Below, in pieces: positions 43,646 to 53,010 of a stretch of 64,000 nt of DNA; the first letter of the stretch is position 1; each line of letters opens with the position of its first letter. Location: positions 1,136-65,135 of the forward strand of contig JBAYWK010000001.1 in NCBI GenBank assembly GCA_041674105.1, written 5' to 3'. The translations under genes and the position numbers were made by a program. The stretch comes from Minisyncoccota bacterium (GTDB lineage Bacteria > Patescibacteriota > Minisyncoccia > Phycocordibacterales > DATDWN01). The notes under the pieces are model-generated. The model worked only from the letters and a program-made list of their open reading frames with translations. It did no database searches and was not told the DNA's origin.

Positions 43646-44713
43646 TTATATCATTCTCTCTAATCCTCTTGGATTTTGAGAATACATATATGCATTTTCT
43701 ATTGTTATCTCTCCGCTCCTGACTAACTCGGAAAGATACCTGTTTAAATCTATCATACCAAATTCTGAACCTGTCTCTATTACAGAGTTTATTTCGTGAA
43801 TTCTGTTCTCTCTAATAAGATTTGCTACTGCGGTATTGTTTATAAGTAATTCACAAGCAGGAATAAGTCCACCTGATACTCTAGGTATAAGTCTTTGAGA
43901 AAAGATACCAAGCAAACTGGAAGACAGTTGAACTCTAATCTGGTTTTGTTGTTCACCTGGAAATGAATCTATTATACGACCTATAGTTTGAGCAGCATTG
44001 TTTGTGTGAAGAGTAGAAAACACCAAGTGGCCTGTCTCAGCAGCTGTCACTGCTGTAGCAATAGTTTCTTGATTACGCATCTCACCTATCATAACCACAT
44101 CCACATCTTGCCTAAACAAATCTTTCATTGCTTGCCCAAAATCCGGTGTGTCTTCCCTTACTTCCCTTTGATCTACCAAAGCTTTTTTTGATTCAAAAAT
44201 ATATTCAACGGGATCCTCTATTGTAATTATATGTTCCAACCTCGTTGCGTTTATCATATCTATCATCGCTGCCAAAGTAGTGCTTTTACCTTGACCTGTG
44301 GGTCCGACAACTAAAAAGAAACCTTGCTGTTTAGAAGTAAAAGATTCTAGTATTGTAGGTATCCTAAGCTCCGCAAAAGTTTTTACTGTATGAGGAATAA
44401 GACGCAAAGCTATACTTATCTTACCAAGCTGGAAGAATATATTTACCCTAAATCTTGCTTGTTCTTTGTATTGGAAAGAAAAATCAATTGCTTTATCTTT
44501 TAGAAATCTGGTTTTCTTTTCTTCATCTAGAAGTTCATCCATAATACCCTTTATGTCAAACTTAGAAAGTACAGGGTGTTTCAATATTGGTATTAAAGAT
44601 CCAGACACACGCATGATAGGCGTCCTCCCATCAGCCAAGTGAAGGTCTGAAGCCTCTTCCTGCAAGACCGTTGCTATCAACTCGTCTATCATTTTTTTAT
44701 AGTCAGATGTCAT
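43646..44713 (-). CDS. pilT: Twitching motility retraction ATPase PilT
   Basis: Walker A GPTGQGKSTT, Asp box, Walker B and His box are present; the 355 aa length is typical of PilT. Confidence 0.9.
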   Translation of the reverse strand: MTSDYKKMIDELIATVLQEEASDLHLADGRTPIMRVSGSLIPILKHPVLSKFDIKGIMDELLDEEKKTRFLKDKAIDFSFQYKEQARFRVNIFFQLGKISIALRLIPHTVKTFAELRIPTILESFTSKQQGFFLVVGPTGQGKSTTLAAMIDMINATRLEHIITIEDPVEYIFESKKALVDQREVREDTPDFGQAMKDLFRQDVDVVMIGEMRNQETIATAVTAAETGHLVFSTLHTNNAAQTIGRIIDSFPGEQQNQIRVQLSSSLLGIFSQRLIPRVSGGLIPACELLINNTAVANLIRENRIHEINSVIETGSEFGMIDLNRYLSELVRSGEITIENAYMYSQNPRGLERMI

Positions 44714-45114
44714 TTATTTTTATTATTTTGATAAATTTCTAATACCTGTTCTACAACTTCTGAAGGAATAGTTGTTGCTTTTACAATATAGCCCGAAACA
44801 CCTAACTCCTTAGCCCTATCAACCTCGTCGGGTTGATTTGTAAGCATTATTATCGTAGCTTCTGGGCAAAGTTTTTCTTTCCTTATATTCTCCAATAATT
44901 CCATACCGTCCATACCAGGCATAATTATGTCCAAAAGTATGACATCATATTTTTCACCTGCCCTAAGTTTATCCAAAGCATTTATACTGCTAGACACAGC
45001 TGAAACATCTACACCAGCCTTTTTAAACTTAAGCGAATACATATCCAAAAGAAAACTATCGTCGTCTACAAGTAATATTTTTATTCCCTTTTTTTCTTCG
45101 TTATTTTCTGTCAT
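44710..45114 (-). CDS. CheY-like response regulator receiver protein (PilH-like) embedded in the pilus operon
   Basis: KILLVDDDSFLLDMY...DVILLDIIMPGMDGMELLENIRK is a receiver domain with the conserved Asp; 134 aa with no output domain. Confidence 0.75.
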   Translation of the reverse strand: MTENNEEKKGIKILLVDDDSFLLDMYSLKFKKAGVDVSAVSSSINALDKLRAGEKYDVILLDIIMPGMDGMELLENIRKEKLCPEATIIMLTNQPDEVDRAKELGVSGYIVKATTIPSEVVEQVLEIYQNNKNK

Positions 45115-45123
45115 ATATTTCTA

Positions 45124-46887
45124 TTATAGCGTATTTACCTCTTCAAAAGGAATCTCCTTGTGCATTGCTTTAAGTATAGCGTCCTCTTTCATTGAAAGCA
45201 TACCTTTTTCTCTAGCCAATTTTGTTATTTCAATCTCAGTAGGATTTTTCAATATGACGCTTTCCAGCTCTTTATCCATTTCAAAGACTTCTAGGACCGC
45301 CAGTCTTCCTCTCGTACCCTTTGGACAGCCTGAAGTTGGAGTAGCTTCATACACAGAGTCTGTAAACTCTAATTTATTTAAATATTTTTCTGGAAGATCA
45401 ACAAACTGTTTATCTACCATCATCTTTATGGCACCTTCTACCGGAATAGCTTTACCTGAATCTGGACAAAGCCCTTTTACCAACCTCTGGGCAATAGCCA
45501 AAATCAAAGTAGGAGCGATGAGGTATGGATCAACTCCCATATCAACAAGTCTTGGTATAACACCCACAGCTGAGTTGGTGTGAATGGTAGAAAAAACCAA
45601 GTGACCAGTAAGGGCCGCTTGAATAGCAAGCTGAGCTGTCTCTTTATCTCTAATCTCACCAACCATAATAACATCTGGGTCCTGTCTCAAAGTAGTACGG
45701 AGTCCCGAAGCAAATGTATAACCTATTTCTGGACGGACTTGAGACTGCGATATACCTTCCATATTGTATTCAACAGGATCTTCCAAAGAAAGAACATTTT
45801 GATGTTCACGGTCTATTTGGTTTAACATTGAATACAAAGTAGTAGTTTTTCCAGAACCTGTCGGACCAGAAATAAGAATTAAACCATAAGGTCTTTCTAT
45901 AGCTTTCAATATTTTATCTAAATTACCTTTAGACAGACCAAGTTGATCCAAAGGCCTAACTCCTTTTTCTTGATCCAAAATTCTCATCACAATTTTCTCT
46001 CCAAAATAAGCAGGAAATGTAGAGACACGGAAGTCTATCTTTCTTCCTTCTATCCTAGCTGTAAAACGCCCGTCCTGTGGCTTACGCTTCTCATCAAGAC
46101 GCATATTACAAAGTATTTTTATACGGGCTACGACTGCTGAGTGCAGTTTAGAAGGAAGGACCAAACTGGTATTCATAACACCATCTACACGAAATCTGAC
46201 TTTTACATTTTCCCTCCATGGTTCTATGTGAATATCTGATGCATTTCCGTCTGTGGCATATCTCAAAATAGTAGCTACTATTTTTGTCACAGGAGCATCT
46301 TCAGTAATTTTACCATCTCTACTACCAGAATCTCCTGAATCAGCAGAATCGGTACTTTCTTCTGTATCCAAAGCCTCTTTATTATTATCTTTCTTTTTGT
46401 TTACTTCTTCTTCTATTTTAAGCTCTGTCTCCAACTCAGATAAAGCTTTGGAAACCTCACCCGTCAAACCTTTATAAGTAGAAAATATTTTATTAAAATC
46501 TTCTTCAGAAATCATAAAAACCTTAAAAGGCATTTCTATTTTTGCTGAAATAAAATTTAAAGCATCTCTTGCCCCTATGTTATCTGGATCAACCATTCCA
46601 ACCTCCAAAACACCATCTTGTATTCCTATTGGCACAAACTGGTAGTGAGAAGCGGACTCTTCTGGAATATATTCCAAAATTTTACCGGAAACCTCTTTAC
46701 CTTCCATACTTCTAGTTGGAACATCAAGAAATTCCCCTTGAGCAGCTAAAATATCACTTGGAGAAAAACCTTTTTGGACCAAAGTCTGTTCCAAAGTTAA
46801 ACCAAGTTTTATTGATTCTTTTCTAATAGATTTGGCTTCTACTTCAGAAATCTTTCCTCTTTGAGTTAATAGGTTCAATATATCCAT
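45124..46887 (-). CDS. pilB: Type IV pilus assembly ATPase PilB (GspE family)
   Basis: The N-terminal GspE_N domain is followed by GPTGSGKTTT. The tetracysteine motif (CPDSG...CPKGTRG) is typical of PilB. Confidence 0.9.
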   Translation of the reverse strand: MDILNLLTQRGKISEVEAKSIRKESIKLGLTLEQTLVQKGFSPSDILAAQGEFLDVPTRSMEGKEVSGKILEYIPEESASHYQFVPIGIQDGVLEVGMVDPDNIGARDALNFISAKIEMPFKVFMISEEDFNKIFSTYKGLTGEVSKALSELETELKIEEEVNKKKDNNKEALDTEESTDSADSGDSGSRDGKITEDAPVTKIVATILRYATDGNASDIHIEPWRENVKVRFRVDGVMNTSLVLPSKLHSAVVARIKILCNMRLDEKRKPQDGRFTARIEGRKIDFRVSTFPAYFGEKIVMRILDQEKGVRPLDQLGLSKGNLDKILKAIERPYGLILISGPTGSGKTTTLYSMLNQIDREHQNVLSLEDPVEYNMEGISQSQVRPEIGYTFASGLRTTLRQDPDVIMVGEIRDKETAQLAIQAALTGHLVFSTIHTNSAVGVIPRLVDMGVDPYLIAPTLILAIAQRLVKGLCPDSGKAIPVEGAIKMMVDKQFVDLPEKYLNKLEFTDSVYEATPTSGCPKGTRGRLAVLEVFEMDKELESVILKNPTEIEITKLAREKGMLSMKEDAILKAMHKEIPFEEVNTL

Positions 46888-46926
46888 AAGATTTTATAGC
46901 ACTAAAAAACTTTTTAATTCAGAAAA

Positions 46927-47226
46927 CTAATTACCTTTTCCTATTGAAGCAAATGGGTTATCCCTTCCTTGAATTTCTTGACTAACAGAGGAATCTGCAT
47001 TTTTTAAACTTCTAAAAAGTGGTGAAGAAAAAACAGAAGCATTTATAGTTATGTCTTGAAATTCTTCAGCCAAATCTATAATATCTTGACTATCTGAATC
47101 TTCTTCTGAAAAAGAGTTATCGGAGATAATAAGTGCAGATTTGAAAAATGAATTGTAAACGATAAAACCAGACAAACCAAACATTATTATCGCTATGATT
47201 GCCTTTTGTGTTTGTGATAATGACAT
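46927..47226 (-). CDS. Small hypothetical membrane-anchored protein in the pilus operon (possible PilP-like role)
   Basis: 99 aa with an N-terminal TM helix; identified by position between pilO and pilB. Confidence 0.3.
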   Translation of the reverse strand: MSLSQTQKAIIAIIMFGLSGFIVYNSFFKSALIISDNSFSEEDSDSQDIIDLAEEFQDITINASVFSSPLFRSLKNADSSVSQEIQGRDNPFASIGKGN

Positions 47227-47241
47227 AATGTTTATTTTAAA

Positions 47242-47799
47242 TTAACGAAGTGAATATGTGTTGGCTTCGACCGAAAATCCTAATATTGAACTATCTTCAT
47301 TCTGACTATTTGGAACTACCTTGATCGAGTAAACATCTATCAATTGAAGGTTCTTCTCAAGATCTTTTAGAAAACTAACAAATTGTGGATATGTCGCATC
47401 CATAGTGAAAGAGACTTTTATTTTCTGATAAGGAGTTGGCTTTTGTTCTTCTAGTGCAACCTCAGAGTTATTTTCCGAAGTTAAGGCATAATCAAAAGAA
47501 TCAATAGATGTATTGTATCTTGAAGCAAGAGAATTTATATCATTTGCAAGGCTTGGTCCGTCAAAATTCACAGGAACTACTTTTTTCATTTTTTCTATAT
47601 CATCTACAGGAATAGATTTATATTCCGAAAGAACCTCATCTCTTTTTGTTGAAATATTTTTTGCCTTTTCGAGCACATCAGCAAATTTATCTCTGTCTTC
47701 CATAACCATTTTCAGGTCAGCATAAGAAGGACTGAGATATAGATAATATGTAGCTATACAGATTATTATTATAATAATTGGGGTTAATCCTGATCTCAT
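47242..47799 (-). CDS. PilO-like pilus assembly protein
   Basis: N-terminal TM then a coiled-coil and periplasmic domain. It overlaps the PilN-like gene by 4 nt, in the pilMNO order. Confidence 0.5.
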   Translation of the reverse strand: MRSGLTPIIIIIICIATYYLYLSPSYADLKMVMEDRDKFADVLEKAKNISTKRDEVLSEYKSIPVDDIEKMKKVVPVNFDGPSLANDINSLASRYNTSIDSFDYALTSENNSEVALEEQKPTPYQKIKVSFTMDATYPQFVSFLKDLEKNLQLIDVYSIKVVPNSQNEDSSILGFSVEANTYSLR

Positions 47800-48452
47800 A
47801 TTTCTTCTTGGTTAGCTGGTATTGTTTCCTCTTGTGGAACTGGCACCACTTCTTCCTGAATAACCGGTATCAGAGTTTTCTCATATGAAAGTATTGCTGG
47901 ATCTATAACAGATTTGAAAGTAGCTGTTATTGTTCCACCTTCTGAAAGCTCAAAGCTAGAAAATTCGGGGTTCATTATAAATTCTTGGTTTGAAAAAATT
48001 CCAGACTGCTGAGCAAAAGCTGAATAACTTTTTCCTTCCATTTTTACATCAACAACTATTTGACCGGCTAATTCAGAATAAGAAAAATCTGTAAAACGAA
48101 TAGGTTTAATTGTCAGAGATTGTAAAACATTAAACAGAGAAGATATGGCTACGTGTTTTTGTAAAAGTTGGTTTGTAGACCTTATTGTTTTGTTGAAATC
48201 TATAAGCTCTTTTATTGTTTCTGGTTGAAAAGCATCTCTGGTATCAGATATGTCAGCTTTTATTGAAAGAATCTCTTTGTTTACTATTCTCTTATAAAAA
48301 AACAAAGCTCCTCCAGCAAGTAGGGTGGCAATGAAAAGTAAAGTGGCCACAGTAGAGAATATATCAAAAGAGCCTCCTTTTTTCATTGGATCTTCTCTCT
48401 GTGTACTTATCGGAGATTTTGGAATGAACGATGTTTGAAATTTGGGCTCCAT
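47796..48452 (-). CDS. PilN-like pilus assembly protein
   Basis: TM helix (IATLLAGGALFFY) followed by a periplasmic domain; it sits immediately downstream of pilM. Confidence 0.5.
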   Translation of the reverse strand: MEPKFQTSFIPKSPISTQREDPMKKGGSFDIFSTVATLLFIATLLAGGALFFYKRIVNKEILSIKADISDTRDAFQPETIKELIDFNKTIRSTNQLLQKHVAISSLFNVLQSLTIKPIRFTDFSYSELAGQIVVDVKMEGKSYSAFAQQSGIFSNQEFIMNPEFSSFELSEGGTITATFKSVIDPAILSYEKTLIPVIQEEVVPVPQEETIPANQEEI

Positions 48453-48497
48453 AATTTAAACTAATTATAATATACAGAAAAATAAAACGCTACAAAC

Positions 48498-49622
48498 TTA
48501 TTCCACTTCTTGAAGTTTTCTAAGTGCTAAACCAACAGCAACAGCAAACTGAGGTCCCGTTCTTTTTAATACATCTTCCAAAAATGCCGGTGTGATTACT
48601 TTTGAAAAAGGATCTCCGCTAACGACTTCTGTTTGAAAACTTTTTTTGGCAATTTCTGTCAAACCAATAAGGGCACTGCCTCCCCCAACCATAACGACCT
48701 TGCTTACATTTTTATTATACTTTTTTTCATAAGCGATAATCACCCGATTTGCTTCTGAAAAAATATAATCTATAGTCACAGTCATAATATCTTTTACCCC
48801 TATATTGTCAGTTATGTTTGTTAGACCTTTTTCTCTTTTCAAGACCTCCGCTTCGGTGAAAGATATTCCCAAAGATTTTGCCAAAGCCGATGTCACAGCA
48901 TAAGAACCTTTATTTATGGTATGAGAAGCCCTGAGTATACCCTTTTCAACTATATATATTTTTGTGGTCATTGCTCCCATATCCAAAAGCATCATTGGAG
49001 TAATCTCTTGATCCAAAACAGATCTCATTGTGCTAAATATTTCTATTTCAAAAAAGTCTGTTTGAAGACCACTTTGTGTGGCGATCTTTTTGTATTTTTC
49101 TATTGTTCCATTATGGAGAGCAACAACCAAAACTTCTAATCTAGGTGGAAGAGGTTTACCATCTGGACCGAACTTCTGGTTTGGATTTGATTCTGGATTT
49201 TTATCCTGAGGAATAAGTGACCAGTCTATAGTAACTTCTGACATAGGCACGGGCACATACTTCCTAGCTTCAAGAGGAACCATATTTGCCAATTCTTTTG
49301 CAGAAACCATAGGAAAATCTATAACAGAAACCAGACTAGAAGAAAAAGGTATAGCTATACCACATATCCTAGTAGTAATATTCACTTCCTTTTCAACCAA
49401 TAAATCATTTATAGCCTCAACAACCTTATTTAAAGGCAAATTAGTAGCTTCACCAATACTACCGTGAGCATAAGGACCCAAAGACAATTCTCCGTACGTC
49501 TCCAAAACAGCTCTCCCACTTTTACGAGAAAGTTGAACTAGTTTTATAGAAGAAGTTCCAATATCCAAACCAATAACACTTGGACTCTGTTTTTTAAATA
49601 AATTAGTAAAGAAATTCGCCAT
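48498..49622 (-). CDS. pilM: Type IV pilus assembly protein PilM (actin-like ATPase fold)
   Basis: VIGLDIGTSSIKLVQL at the N-terminus, ...LLDMGAMTTKIYIV..., and GGGSALIGL near the C-terminus. Confidence 0.85.
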   Translation of the reverse strand: MANFFTNLFKKQSPSVIGLDIGTSSIKLVQLSRKSGRAVLETYGELSLGPYAHGSIGEATNLPLNKVVEAINDLLVEKEVNITTRICGIAIPFSSSLVSVIDFPMVSAKELANMVPLEARKYVPVPMSEVTIDWSLIPQDKNPESNPNQKFGPDGKPLPPRLEVLVVALHNGTIEKYKKIATQSGLQTDFFEIEIFSTMRSVLDQEITPMMLLDMGAMTTKIYIVEKGILRASHTINKGSYAVTSALAKSLGISFTEAEVLKREKGLTNITDNIGVKDIMTVTIDYIFSEANRVIIAYEKKYNKNVSKVVMVGGGSALIGLTEIAKKSFQTEVVSGDPFSKVITPAFLEDVLKRTGPQFAVAVGLALRKLQEVE

Positions 49623-49652
49623 AACTACCTATTAGTATATCATAAGGTCAAG

Positions 49653-50324
49653 TTGTATAATATATATATGTTGAAAAGTATAATGGATTTTTTATCTAAA
49701 ATACTGGACTCAATATTTCCAAAAAGAAAGGACTACAAACGGGTAATAATTTTGACAAAAGAAGAGATAGAATCTTTACCAAAAAGCCCTGCTTTTGAAA
49801 AAATAGAATGGATTTACCCACTTTTTAAATACAAAGACCTTACAGTAAAAGCTATTGTATGGGAATTAAAATATAGAGAAAATACATTCCCACTGGAGCA
49901 TATAGGCCAAATATTTTATGACCTCATAATGGCCCAAATGTCAGATATTCTGATTTTTGACAATGATGCTAAATTTGCTTTGATCCCAATACCAATATCC
50001 CCAACCACAAGGTCAGAGAGAGGTTTCAACCAAAGCGAACTTATAGCAAAATCCATAATCCCCTACGATACAGAGCATAAACTTTTATATGCTCCACAAT
50101 GGCTGGAAAAAATAAAAGATACTCAAAAACAAAGTAAAAGTTCCACTAGAGAAGATAGACTCAAAAACCTTCTTGGTTGTTTTTGGGCAGACAAAAAAAT
50201 AAATGATTATTATGTTTTTTTAATAGATGACGTGGTAACCACAGGAAGCACATTGTCCGAAGCAAGGAAAACCCTACTTGAGGCAGGAGCAAAAGAAGTA
50301 TTTGCATTTACCATAGCTCATTAA
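49653..50324 (+). CDS. comFC: ComF family protein (phosphoribosyltransferase domain, competence protein ComFC-like)
   Basis: The C-terminal PRTase motif is YVFLIDDVVTTGSTL. The N-terminal region is Cys-poor. Confidence 0.65.
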   Translation: MYNIYMLKSIMDFLSKILDSIFPKRKDYKRVIILTKEEIESLPKSPAFEKIEWIYPLFKYKDLTVKAIVWELKYRENTFPLEHIGQIFYDLIMAQMSDILIFDNDAKFALIPIPISPTTRSERGFNQSELIAKSIIPYDTEHKLLYAPQWLEKIKDTQKQSKSSTREDRLKNLLGCFWADKKINDYYVFLIDDVVTTGSTLSEARKTLLEAGAKEVFAFTIAH

Positions 50325-50346
50325 TATGCTATCTTTTTATATGTTA

Positions 50347-50435
50347 GGAGCCGTGTCAGAGTGGTCTAACGTGCCTCTTTGCTAAAGAGGTGTACTTTTA
50401 AAAGAGTACCGATGGTTCGAATCCATCCGGCTCCG
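50347..50435 (+). tRNA. tRNA-Ser (anticodon GCU), type II with a long variable arm
   Basis: Acceptor GGAGCCG/CGGCTCC, anticodon stem CCTCT/AGAGG with loop TTGCTAA, long variable stem-loop, T arm GATGG-TTCGAAT-CCATC, discriminator G. Confidence 0.8.
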
Positions 50436-50451
50436 CTACGGTAATAAATAA

Positions 50452-50541
50452 GGAGAGATGGGTGAGTGGCTGAAACCAGCGGTTTACTAAACCGCCGTGC
50501 CCTAACCGGCACCGAGGGTTCGAATCCCTCTCTCTCCGCCA
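50452..50541 (+). tRNA. Type II (Ser-like) tRNA with CCA encoded. The apparent anticodon is ACU (loop TTACTAA), which is unusual.
   Basis: Acceptor GGAGAGA/TCTCTCC plus G plus CCA; D stem GGT/ACC; anticodon stem GCGGT/ACCGC; variable stem GTGCC/GGCAC; T arm GAGGG-TTCGAAT-CCCTC. Confidence 0.65.
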
Positions 50542-50618
50542 GGACAATTTTTTATCGTGCAGGCCCGAGTGATAGCGACGGGGCTGTGACCCGACTGCTT
50601 AAAAAATTGTAAATAAAA

Positions 50619-50651
50619 ACAACGACTTTTACGGTCGCTGTTTTTATTTTT
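50619..50651 (+). terminator. Rho-independent terminator of the tRNA pair (AACAACGAC-ttttacg-GTCGCTGTT plus TTTTTATTTTT)
   Basis: Stem with one mismatch followed by an 11-nt T-rich run. Confidence 0.6.
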
Positions 50652-50669
50652 GAGCTATAATACAAACGA

Positions 50670-50852
50670 ATGAGTTACCATGATATAAAAAATAAACTTT
50701 TATACTGGATCCCAAAAATTCTGGCAATATTGTTGGGTGTATTTTTTATCGTATTTGGTGAATTTGATGATAGCCCAGGATTACAAGGACTAGGTCTTAT
50801 CTTAATTATCACTACCATTGTTATCACAATCAGAAATAAGAAGAAAAAATAA
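50670..50852 (+). CDS. Small hypothetical membrane protein (60 aa)
   Basis: Two TM helices and a lysine tail. Confidence 0.3.
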   Translation: MSYHDIKNKLLYWIPKILAILLGVFFIVFGEFDDSPGLQGLGLILIITTIVITIRNKKKK

Positions 50853-50858
50853 TCAATT

Positions 50859-51674
50859 ATGATTTTTGAACATTCCTCAAAAAATAAAAAAGTTTTACTG
50901 CTTATATTTATCATTATTTTAGTGTTAGGTGTTTTTGTATTTTTCTACTCGTCAGTGATTTTTCAGGAAGGCAATCCCTGGCCTCAAATCAAAGGTATTA
51001 CTCAACTGACGTTTGGTAAGTCGGATATTGTTAAATTGTCTGGCTTAGACAATAAATATCTAACCAAGAGCCAAGGCGGACCCATGGCAGTTGAAACTTT
51101 TATGAAAGACCTGGAATATAAACATACGGATCAAATGGGATCGGGATATTTTTATAAATCATCTAACAAAACTATTGTTTTAACTAGACGACAATATAGT
51201 CGTTTTTATACAATTTGGACTATTGCCGAAAATAATGATTCTGAGTCTAGCAAACTATGGATTACAACTACCAATGACCAAAGTATTATATTTCAATATC
51301 CAAAAGAACTGTTGGCAAAATATGTGAGTGTCGTGGAATGGCCTCCAGTTATTAAAATAGAGGATGGGACATATTTCTGCGAAACTACACCACTTGAAGT
51401 GAGCAGTATGTCGGATATTACTTCACAAAGAATGGTTGATAATAGAACTTATTGTGTAAATATAAAAAACGAGGGTGCGGCTGGCAGTGTTTATTTGTCA
51501 TACACTTATACCACTGTTAAGAATGATAAGCTTGTAAATGTTGCTTTTACTTTACAATATCCTAATTGCAATAACTACGACGATGAACAAAACAAAGCTT
51601 GCACCAGCGAAAGAGAAACTTTTGATATAGATAGTATTATCGATCGCATCGTCCAGAGCATAAACTCCACCTAA
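50859..51674 (+). CDS. Hypothetical secreted/membrane-anchored protein
   Basis: 271 aa with an N-terminal TM helix and several Cys residues; no family recognised. Confidence 0.4.
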   Translation: MIFEHSSKNKKVLLLIFIIILVLGVFVFFYSSVIFQEGNPWPQIKGITQLTFGKSDIVKLSGLDNKYLTKSQGGPMAVETFMKDLEYKHTDQMGSGYFYKSSNKTIVLTRRQYSRFYTIWTIAENNDSESSKLWITTTNDQSIIFQYPKELLAKYVSVVEWPPVIKIEDGTYFCETTPLEVSSMSDITSQRMVDNRTYCVNIKNEGAAGSVYLSYTYTTVKNDKLVNVAFTLQYPNCNNYDDEQNKACTSERETFDIDSIIDRIVQSINST

Positions 51675-51991
51675 GAACAGGCGTCCATTGCAGACGAGTT
51701 AAAAGAATGTCTACCGAAAAGCGATACAGCTAGTTATGAAAGATGTAATGAGCTTCTAGTGGACAAAACTTTACGGATGAAACCAATGGTAATTGGGATA
51801 CGGTATTAAAAGCCCTTAATAATTGTGAAGTGGAAAGTGTTTTTTAAACCCATAGTAAATTGGTTACTCTCAAACTTAAAAATAGTAAAAAAGTTACCAA
51901 GGAAATTATTGTCGATGAGGGTGTAGAAAGATAGTCTGCAGTTTTTTAAATAAATTTGAAAAGCTACTATTTAGGTTTATAATAGATTTTA

Positions 51992-52627
51992 ATGAGAAAA
52001 ACCTTTATTACAAGTGGAATAATTATTTTATTATTAGGGATAGCCTCTTTCTTGTTAATTTTAAATAAACAAAATAAAAATATAAAGCCGGATATATCTT
52101 CAGGAATAATAAAGCCAACGGGCGAAGATCCCTCTTTGGAATCAGGATTACGATGTTATAAAAACGACCATTATCTAGCCGTAGTAAGCCAAGATGCTTC
52201 AGGTCGTGATAAAGAGGTATCGGTATTTGTTCGCTCTGAATTGATAGAACCAGTCCAGTGTGCTAAGTATATAAAAATAAATAAATTTACTTTAGATCTT
52301 GAACCAGCCACCTTTGTATTTGGACTAATTGGTAAATATTTGGTTCTTGATATTGGAACTGGACCGAGCAATCGGAAACTCCAAGTATATAACATAGAAA
52401 CAAAAGTAAAAGTTTATGAAGATATGTATGCCGAACTCAAATTAGTAGAGCCAGATACATTGGTTTATTGGAGTATAAGTAATACGCCAGCAACAAAAAC
52501 CAACTGTAGAGAATACACAGAAATCAAAGTACAAGATTTTACTCCACAACTACAAAAAATAACCCAGTACTCTCTAACAACCAAAAAGCTAACCTCCGGT
52601 GAAACTCGTTGCGTATCTACCCAATAA
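51992..52627 (+). CDS. Hypothetical secreted protein
   Basis: 211 aa with an N-terminal signal anchor. Confidence 0.4.
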   Translation: MRKTFITSGIIILLLGIASFLLILNKQNKNIKPDISSGIIKPTGEDPSLESGLRCYKNDHYLAVVSQDASGRDKEVSVFVRSELIEPVQCAKYIKINKFTLDLEPATFVFGLIGKYLVLDIGTGPSNRKLQVYNIETKVKVYEDMYAELKLVEPDTLVYWSISNTPATKTNCREYTEIKVQDFTPQLQKITQYSLTTKKLTSGETRCVSTQ

Positions 52628-52661
52628 ATCCGAACTACAGTAAGTATAAAAATTAAAAAAT

Positions 52662-53009
52662 ATGATTGTCTTAAAAAGAATTTATGAACCATACAGTAAA
52701 AAAGACGGCTTCCGTATTTTAGTTGATAGACTCTGGCCAAGGGGCGTAAGTAAAGAAAAAGCCAAACTTGATCTGTGGCTAAAAGAAGTGGCTCCAACAA
52801 CCAATCTACGCAAATGGTTTAATCACGACCCCAAAAAATGGACTGATTTTAAGAAAAAATATAAAGCCGAACTCAAGGATAAAAAAGAGTATCTAAATGA
52901 AATTAAAAACTCTGTTAAAAAACATAAAGTAGTGACAATCCTATATGGTGCCAAAGATGAGGATCACAACGAAGCGGTGGTTATTTTAGAAGTACTTGAA
53001 AAAATGTAA
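52662..53009 (+). CDS. DUF488 family protein (YeaO-like)
   Basis: RIYEPYSKKDGFRILVDRLWPRGVSKEKAKLDLWLKEVAPTTNLRKWFNHDPKKWTDFKKKY matches the DUF488 signature closely. Confidence 0.7.
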   Translation: MIVLKRIYEPYSKKDGFRILVDRLWPRGVSKEKAKLDLWLKEVAPTTNLRKWFNHDPKKWTDFKKKYKAELKDKKEYLNEIKNSVKKHKVVTILYGAKDEDHNEAVVILEVLEKM

Positions 53010-53010
53010 A

